The notes under the pieces were generated by a model that was not told the origin of the DNA, did no database searches, and saw only the letters and a list, made by a program, of their open reading frames with translations. From positions 1-64,000 of IMG/VR virus record IMGVR_UViG_3300017963_000192: 64,000 nt of DNA; one strand, 5' to 3'. Made by a program: the position numbers and the translations under genes. Below are positions 57,415 to 64,000 of this stretch, piece by piece. Within the stretch, counting starts at the first letter, position 1. Each line of letters starts with the position of its first letter.

Positions 57415-58491
57415 CTACAAATACAAATTTGATAATAAATCTTTATTATCTTTAATCCACGCTATTATTTTTTCATATCCTTCTTCTAAAGTAATAGAAG
57501 GTTTCCACCCTAATACATTTTGAATTTTTCTGATGTCGGATATGTAAATACATTGATCAGATTTTCTTGGTTCTTGTATTTGTTTTGTTTTTAATTTTTT
57601 ATTATACATTTTTTCCATAAGATTGGTTGCTTCAATAAGAGACATTGTACATTCGTGACCACCACCAATATTAAAAACCTCTCCAGCAATTTTATCAATA
57701 TTATTTATCTCCATTTCAATCAACTTGCAAATGTCGTCTATGAACAAAACGTCTCTGACTTGTTTTCCTTTCCATCCAATATATGTTATAGGCAAATCAA
57801 ATTCTGTAGCTATTGCCCACCAAGCTACCCATCCTTGAGCGACTTTGCCCCACTGTCTTGAACCCGCCAAGCAGGAGAACCTGTTGACAACAGTTTTTAC
57901 ACCAAAGGCATCACTGTATTCTTGGCAAGCTAAGTCTGACATGACTTTACTCATACCATAGACGGAATGTTGTCCCCCATCTATACTAAACTCTTCTGAA
58001 AAACCAAATTTTGGATTCCAACCTTTAAAATCTAATTTTTTAGCCTGATCTTCCGTCATTTCATCCGCCCACTCATAACGAGTATCTGTTTCGTTCATTG
58101 GATATGCGTTTACTTTTTCACCGCTATAGACTTTGTTTGTTGACCAGAATATAACAGTAGCATTGTTTTCTCTTGCTATTTCTAACACGTTTACTAAACC
58201 CAACGTATTATTTGAGAAATCATAATAAGGATTGTCGTAACCATCTATAGCAGATGGTTGGGCACTACATTCACATATAGCATCTATGTTTTCAATTCCT
58301 ACAAAATCCTCTTTGCATCTTATATCTCCGTGTAAGAACTTTATACCTTTCTTTTTAAAATCGTTTAAGTTGTACTCAGCACCTCTTCTTACAAGATTGT
58401 CCATTGCAATTATTTCGTGACCTTTATCACGTAGATAGAAAGCCAAATTAGCTCCAATAAAACCTGCTCCACCAGTAATTAATATTTTCAT
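57415..58491 (-). CDS. NDP-sugar epimerase (CDP-paratose 2-epimerase-like SDR)
   Basis: TGGAGFIG, STNKVY, YGMSK, QWG..QGW, QVRD. Confidence 0.88.
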   Translation of the reverse strand: MKILITGGAGFIGANLAFYLRDKGHEIIAMDNLVRRGAEYNLNDFKKKGIKFLHGDIRCKEDFVGIENIDAICECSAQPSAIDGYDNPYYDFSNNTLGLVNVLEIARENNATVIFWSTNKVYSGEKVNAYPMNETDTRYEWADEMTEDQAKKLDFKGWNPKFGFSEEFSIDGGQHSVYGMSKVMSDLACQEYSDAFGVKTVVNRFSCLAGSRQWGKVAQGWVAWWAIATEFDLPITYIGWKGKQVRDVLFIDDICKLIEMEINNIDKIAGEVFNIGGGHECTMSLIEATNLMEKMYNKKLKTKQIQEPRKSDQCIYISDIRKIQNVLGWKPSITLEEGYEKIIAWIKDNKDLLSNLYL

Positions 58492-59057
58492 TTTATAACT
58501 CCTATTAATATTTTGTTAGCACACCCAAAAGGATTATCATAATAACCAGCAATCATATCTGGATCAAAATCCTGTTCCCATACGCTGAGTGATATTCTTT
58601 TCATAAAATATTTTTCATCTATTTTAAAATTCTCATTCATCATTTGTTCATCTAATATTTTATTAAATCCTAAAGGTATTGTGAATACAAATTCACCACC
58701 TTCCTTTAAAAGGTTTTGCTTTATATGGTGTACTGTTCTTATAACTTTAGTCTCATCCTTTTCTTCTGGAGGTTCATAACCTATATGCTCTAATGTTGAT
58801 ATGCTTACTATAAAATCATATTTACTAATAGAATGATAATTTATTATATCCTCATTAATACAATATTTAGCAGTATCGTATTTATCTACAATGTCGTGAT
58901 TTGATGAACAAAAATTTACCAATACATTACCTATCTCAAGAATGTTCTTTCCTTTATATTCACGTAAATACTCTTTAATTATAGGAATTTCTACTCTCCT
59001 ATCAGGATTTGGAGTATCAGCATATTCGTATTGTTTATTGTTAAATTTAAATATCAT
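58488..59057 (-). CDS. methyltransferase-like (DUF268-like) protein
   Basis: RRVEIP, LEIG, SISTLEHIG. Confidence 0.65.
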   Translation of the reverse strand: MIFKFNNKQYEYADTPNPDRRVEIPIIKEYLREYKGKNILEIGNVLVNFCSSNHDIVDKYDTAKYCINEDIINYHSISKYDFIVSISTLEHIGYEPPEEKDETKVIRTVHHIKQNLLKEGGEFVFTIPLGFNKILDEQMMNENFKIDEKYFMKRISLSVWEQDFDPDMIAGYYDNPFGCANKILIGVIK

Positions 59058-60010
59058 AACAACTTTTCATATTCCTCAACAATTCTATTAGCTATATTTT
59101 TATAAGACCATTTATCTAATGCAAACTGTCTTACTTCTTTTGACCTTTCCTCTAAAGATTCTGGATTGTCTTTGTATTTTCCAATACATTTATCTATATC
59201 TTCTTTAGTATTAACTACTTCAAATGGAAAGATGTCTGTTTGATGAAATTCTTTAAAGACTTGTTCAAAACAACCATCAGCACTTGTCATTGTTGGTATT
59301 CCGAGTGCTATGTTCTCTACTGTAGTCATTCCATGAAAACCTCTCCATAAAGCATCGAAACCCATAGTGCATTGTTTCTTTATCTCTATGATTCTTTTAT
59401 GAGGTACATCGGTAACGATATGATATTGAATAGCCATACCGTATTTACGCAAAGCCCATTTAAGCTCTTCGGTATTTTTATTATTACCACCACCAGTTGG
59501 AAAATGCCCTATGATTATTTGTTTTCTATCTATATCTGATGGTGTATAATCTTCTGATAATTCATTTACCACATCTGGTATATACACACAATCTTTATAT
59601 ATTTCAGTCGCTTGTGGTATAGAAGAAAATATTGCATTATATCCTGTATTTTCTCTTCTATTCCAAGTATCTTTTTTTTCAGCACGTTCACTCCATCTCC
59701 CCATAAAACTATTATAATCGTGAAATATTTTAACTTTATCTTTAACTAGTTCATTCCAATCAAAACTAAAATCGTGAGTGCTTATATAGTTATGGTCAGC
59801 AGAACAAAAATGAAGTATGTCAGATTCTTCTATTATACTAATAAATTCATCTTTATTATAATTTTCTGGACCTAAATCCAAATCATCATAAAATGTTTTT
59901 ACTGCTCTGAAATGTCTTGCATCCCAATCAGTATGCATATTAATAGCCTCTGCTTGCTTATAAGAACATCCCGCAGCATCCCAAGCCATATTAATAAAAA
60001 ATGTTTTCAT
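59054..60010 (-). CDS. GT-B fold glycosyltransferase
   Basis: GHFPT..K, HG..VE..ALG.P. Confidence 0.65.
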   Translation of the reverse strand: MKTFFINMAWDAAGCSYKQAEAINMHTDWDARHFRAVKTFYDDLDLGPENYNKDEFISIIEESDILHFCSADHNYISTHDFSFDWNELVKDKVKIFHDYNSFMGRWSERAEKKDTWNRRENTGYNAIFSSIPQATEIYKDCVYIPDVVNELSEDYTPSDIDRKQIIIGHFPTGGGNNKNTEELKWALRKYGMAIQYHIVTDVPHKRIIEIKKQCTMGFDALWRGFHGMTTVENIALGIPTMTSADGCFEQVFKEFHQTDIFPFEVVNTKEDIDKCIGKYKDNPESLEERSKEVRQFALDKWSYKNIANRIVEEYEKLL

Positions 60011-60900
60011 CCTAGTAACCCCTTAAATATTTCATATAGTTTTTCATTGAAATTTTCATAAGTTAAATTTATTACCTTATTCCTTCTTTTTAAATATTGA
60101 TTTTCTATATCTTTAAAGATTGCCATTAACGATGTTAGTGTTCCTGCGGAAAACATATATTCAATATTAAACTCTGGAATAAGTCCAACATCAGATGAAA
60201 TAATAGGAATACCACAAGACATAGCTTCAAGGGGTGCGACCGGTCCACCTTCCCACAAAGATGGAACTAAAAGATAATCTATTTTCTCATACAATACACG
60301 ATGTTCTACATTATGGTATTCCTCTGGAGTGTAATTGTAAGTCTCATACCTAATATTTTTTTCTTGTAATCGACTTATAACAGATTCCCACCCTCGTCCA
60401 CAGAAGATGAACTTGAAATTTTCAAGGTTTATTCCAGAGTCTACAAAATCTTCCATAAAGTGAAGCCCTTTACCTACAACTTCACCGTTTTGGAATATAC
60501 CGATAGATATCGTAGGCTTGAATTTGTGGACTTCAACAGGTGATGTTAGGTTAAAGTTCTTATCTTTTGGATAACCCATATCTAAGAATTGTTTTAAACT
60601 TCTTTTAGATTGATGAATCCAGGCATCTAGTTGTCTGAACTTATTAAAGTCGTGACCTATATCTATACTGTGACTTTCTGGACTGTTTTCGTGTATGTGT
60701 GTGACGTACCCAACATCTAAGGCGTTTGTTTTGTTGAAAGGAAGGAACGTGTTATAACAAACATAGAAATTAACATCAACATCATTTTTAGGTTCTAAAG
60801 ATATAGTTTGTTCCATTTCTGTTTTATTATATTCCACAATTTTATCTGACCAAAATTTCTTTATCCAATTACCTTCTGTTACTATATTAACTTTCATCAC
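60007..60900 (-). CDS. GT4 glycosyltransferase
   Basis: VPSLWEGGP..LEAMSCG.PIISSDVG. Confidence 0.88.
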   Translation of the reverse strand: MMKVNIVTEGNWIKKFWSDKIVEYNKTEMEQTISLEPKNDVDVNFYVCYNTFLPFNKTNALDVGYVTHIHENSPESHSIDIGHDFNKFRQLDAWIHQSKRSLKQFLDMGYPKDKNFNLTSPVEVHKFKPTISIGIFQNGEVVGKGLHFMEDFVDSGINLENFKFIFCGRGWESVISRLQEKNIRYETYNYTPEEYHNVEHRVLYEKIDYLLVPSLWEGGPVAPLEAMSCGIPIISSDVGLIPEFNIEYMFSAGTLTSLMAIFKDIENQYLKRRNKVINLTYENFNEKLYEIFKGLLG

Positions 60901-61573
60901 AATCTCCTAATTTTTCTATTAATGGATAAATCATTTTACCGTCTGGATGACCTTCATCACAATAATTGTAATGGTCAACTTCGGCTATTTCTTTTGATTC
61001 TTCTTCTAATACAGTAGCACCTAACTCTAACATATAATAATAAGAACCAATAGCAAAAGGATGTGCTATTGAAAGATTACGATATTTTACACTCTCTTCT
61101 ATAAATGAATCAAAATCTGGCATTACATCTTTGTTTATTTTTATTATTCTTATTTCTTGACCACTACCATTTAAACAATAATCATTTTCAGCATCAATTA
61201 ATGCTTTTAAATATTTTTCAGAACATATGCAATCTCCCTGGAATAGAAGAAAAGCCCCACCTTTTACTTCATCTAAACCTAATTTAAAAGAAACAAAAGG
61301 ATCGAAATCAACAAGTTGTGCCGTATCATTGTGTACAAATTTGACTTTTAGATTTTTTTCATCTATAAAATTTATAACTTTTTCTTTTTGATATCCAACA
61401 ACAACAATAATATTATCTATTCCAAATTTATTCAAAAGTTTTATATTTCTCTCTAAAATAACTTCACCATTGATATGGTGAAGACATTTAGGTTTGCCTC
61501 CAGTAGGAAACCCTGTCCAACTAACATTGGCAGTTATTCCTGCTACAAGAATTATTGCATATTTTGGTTTCAT
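60887..61573 (-). CDS. NTP transferase (LicC-like cytidylyltransferase)
   Basis: IILVAG..KPKCL..ILER..IIVVVGY. Confidence 0.75.
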   Translation of the reverse strand: MKPKYAIILVAGITANVSWTGFPTGGKPKCLHHINGEVILERNIKLLNKFGIDNIIVVVGYQKEKVINFIDEKNLKVKFVHNDTAQLVDFDPFVSFKLGLDEVKGGAFLLFQGDCICSEKYLKALIDAENDYCLNGSGQEIRIIKINKDVMPDFDSFIEESVKYRNLSIAHPFAIGSYYYMLELGATVLEEESKEIAEVDHYNYCDEGHPDGKMIYPLIEKLGDCDES

Positions 61574-62331
61574 TTAACACCACTAACAACAACGAATTTC
61601 CATCTCATAAAAACATCACCATCTTTTTCTTGTATCTTATATACTTTTTTAAATTCATCAGAAGCTTTTGTTGTATGTAAATTATAAATTTCTTCTATAT
61701 CATCTTCATATAAATCAGAATTATTTAACCAATTAAGAAGACTTACATCTTCCATTATAAAATATTTAATATGAACATCTTTAAATCCAGCATCTATGAA
61801 ATAATTAGACAATTCTTCTGCTGACATTATGTTTCTAACTGGTTCTTTTATTTTAAATATTTCTACATATTCATCTATTATATTATGAGAAAAAGGAACA
61901 CCCTCACAAATTAGCATTATTCCAGAATCATTAAGTATTTTATAACATGTTTTGAATACGTTTTCTAAATCATCTAAATGATGAAAACACATCCTAGAAT
62001 AAATAACATCAAATTTTATATAATCAAAATAGATTAACCCTTTCCCTGAACAATCAACTTTATGTAATTCAACATCCTTTGTATTTAAAAGATATTTACA
62101 TTTATTTAGCATTTCTTCACAATTATCAACACCATAATAATTATGTCTTTTATCAGTAGATTCTATTAATTGTTTTAGAACAATTCCAGTACCACATCCT
62201 ATATCCAAAAAGTTAAGTCTACCCAATGGTTTATTATCTATAATAGAATACAAAAAGAAACTTTCAAATTCTTTGTTTTTTATCCATTCCAACTTTTCAT
62301 AATTGGTTGATCTTACTTTCCAGTTAGTCAT
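61570..62331 (-). CDS. class I SAM methyltransferase
   Basis: LDIGCGTG, GVD, CFHHL. Confidence 0.85.
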   Translation of the reverse strand: MTNWKVRSTNYEKLEWIKNKEFESFFLYSIIDNKPLGRLNFLDIGCGTGIVLKQLIESTDKRHNYYGVDNCEEMLNKCKYLLNTKDVELHKVDCSGKGLIYFDYIKFDVIYSRMCFHHLDDLENVFKTCYKILNDSGIMLICEGVPFSHNIIDEYVEIFKIKEPVRNIMSAEELSNYFIDAGFKDVHIKYFIMEDVSLLNWLNNSDLYEDDIEEIYNLHTTKASDEFKKVYKIQEKDGDVFMRWKFVVVSGVK

Positions 62332-62907
62332 TTATCCTCTTGTTTCAGTAGTTGAATTATTAAAATCGTAATAATACAAAACTTTGTCTATTCTAACCTC
62401 ATTTTTTATATCTAAACAAGCTCGTTTGACCCAATCAATATCTTCACCATAATTCTTATCTATATATGTATGTTTCTTTGCTATAGAGGATTTCCAAACC
62501 ATTGTATGAGCGGGCTTACCTCTCCACTGATTTCCTGTTTGATTATATTCATAATTTATGCTATATTTAGAATAGGTTTGATTATCTTTATCTCCATCAA
62601 TTGTAGTTATACAATCAAACACAATACAATCCGCATCTGGATTTTTATTTATACAATCAAGGATACTAATTATATAATCATCTGCTATTCTATCATCATC
62701 ATCTACAAATGTTAAAAAATCTCCTTGTGCCAACTTCAATAATTCATTTCTTTTTTCACCAACAGTTCTCTTCTTGTTGTCATAAAATCCTATAATTTCA
62801 ACATCATCTCTATCTCTTATTTGTTTATTTATAGAATCAAGCAAATCTGGATAGAAGTTTCGTATCCGAGATGGAACTGTTGCGATAAGTATAGATAATT
62901 TAATCAT
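62332..62907 (-). CDS. GT2 glycosyltransferase
   Basis: LSILIAT..R, G.KRN, FVDDDD, GED. Confidence 0.85.
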   Translation of the reverse strand: MIKLSILIATVPSRIRNFYPDLLDSINKQIRDRDDVEIIGFYDNKKRTVGEKRNELLKLAQGDFLTFVDDDDRIADDYIISILDCINKNPDADCIVFDCITTIDGDKDNQTYSKYSINYEYNQTGNQWRGKPAHTMVWKSSIAKKHTYIDKNYGEDIDWVKRACLDIKNEVRIDKVLYYYDFNNSTTETRG

Positions 62908-63626
62908 TTTTTAAACAACTTCCCTGCTAAAGCATGAGCCTTGGCATCATATTCTTTTCCCATTCTTCCCTGAAAACCATAATCGCCATTGGTGGTTTGT
63001 TCTCCGTGTATTCTGTATGATGTCAAAACTTCTGGAACTTTATAGTATAAATAATACTGTGATATTCTAACAAGCATTTCGTAATCTTCGCAAGCGACAA
63101 ATTCCTCATTAAACATGCCAACTTTGTCAAATACGCTTTTATGAACCACCATATTACTCCACATCCCAAAGTAACTTCCTATAACAAATTGTTGTTGTTC
63201 CTCTAATGTGTTAAATACTGGTTCTACATAATGTGGATCACCTATTACATCATCTTCTCCAATAGTTTGCCAATCAGCATAAATAACCATTGCTTCAGGA
63301 TGTTCTTTAGCAAAAGCAACTTGCTTTTCTAATTTGTAAGATTTCCACATATCATCAGAACTTAATCCAGCCCACCAATCTCCAGTCATATTTCTAATTC
63401 CGGTATTTAGAGCACCGCAAGTTTTCTTGTTTTCCTGATGAATGATGGTTAGTCTTTCGTTCTTTTTAAATTCTTCTAAACAATCCAATGTTTCTTTTCT
63501 TGTAGAACCATCATCAACAACTATTATTTCATACGGCTTGTAGGACTGATTCAAAATACTGTTAATACTTTTTTCCAGAAAATCTGGACGAATATTGTAT
63601 ACTGGTGAAACTACTGATATTTTCAT
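62904..63626 (-). CDS. GT2 glycosyltransferase
   Basis: SVVSPVYN, VVDDGS, LSSDD, EDY. Confidence 0.9.
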   Translation of the reverse strand: MKISVVSPVYNIRPDFLEKSINSILNQSYKPYEIIVVDDGSTRKETLDCLEEFKKNERLTIIHQENKKTCGALNTGIRNMTGDWWAGLSSDDMWKSYKLEKQVAFAKEHPEAMVIYADWQTIGEDDVIGDPHYVEPVFNTLEEQQQFVIGSYFGMWSNMVVHKSVFDKVGMFNEEFVACEDYEMLVRISQYYLYYKVPEVLTSYRIHGEQTTNGDYGFQGRMGKEYDAKAHALAGKLFKK

Positions 63627-64000
63627 TATAAAAAATCCTCGTGTTTAATTTTTAATATTAGTTTATCCAATACAAAATTGTAATCATTATAGTAACATTT
63701 CACACACTGATTTCCATTAAAATATTTTTGTTTTTGATATATCTTTTTTAAATCTTGAATAGGCCCCATAGCCATACTATCACCACAACTTAAATCTGGT
63801 TCTTTTCTAGCATATTGCACACCGCAATTATGAAGAAGTATCCCAAATGAACTATAGAACATGTTTGTATTTTCAACTTGAATATCAAATAAGTCATCTG
63901 ACATTATTTTTTCAATTTTTTTAACTGGAACAAACATTAATCCATCTTTTTTATAAAACCCCAAAGCTCGTTTAGGACTTCGCCTAGTAACATCTAAATA
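63626..64000 (-). CDS. 3' end of an intein-containing radical SAM/SPASM-like protein (partial)
   Basis: Frame open to the window edge; FDIQV..LHN|CG intein end at 63827; CVKCYY. Confidence 0.7.
   Translation of the reverse strand, partial: YLDVTRRSPKRALGFYKKDGLMFVPVKKIEKIMSDDLFDIQVENTNMFYSSFGILLHNCGVQYARKEPDLSCGDSMAMGPIQDLKKIYQKQKYFNGNQCVKCYYNDYNFVLDKLILKIKHEDFL

Noticed and set aside
1-64000. CRISPR array, rRNA, integrase, capsid or terminase genes
   Set aside because: No regularly spaced repeats or recognisable motifs were seen by eye in this window

Overview
AT-rich segment that reads as part of a large tailed (jumbo-type) phage genome, with almost all genes on the minus strand. Host clues (STAS protein, lipobox, attC style) point tentatively to Spirochaetota. 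From left to right: (i) 1-3.07 kb, an integron-cassette-like unit carrying a GRCGYC-type (HgiDI/HindV-like) restriction-modification system plus Vsr, whose downstream attC-like site is cut off by (ii) two tandem Dam-family methyltransferases; (iii) 5-16 kb, small phage ORFs, a sigma factor, an anti-sigma antagonist, a response-regulator receiver and an HNH-JAB-ThiF operon; (iv) 16.8-24.4 kb, a tRNA region with 13 contiguous tRNA genes (several atypical), a tRNA-Arg(UCU) split by a complete group I intron with an HNH gene, a candidate novel structured RNA and two orphan IS200/IS605-type ends; (v) 25.3-30.1 kb, six consecutive unrelated genes sharing one 16-aa N-terminal tag; (vi) 30.6-35 kb, membrane and lysis genes; (vii) 35.3-48.6 kb, very large tail/baseplate genes; (viii) 48.6-64 kb, a glycan synthesis cluster that runs off the window edge. 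All family assignments come from motifs recognised by eye; no database search was run.
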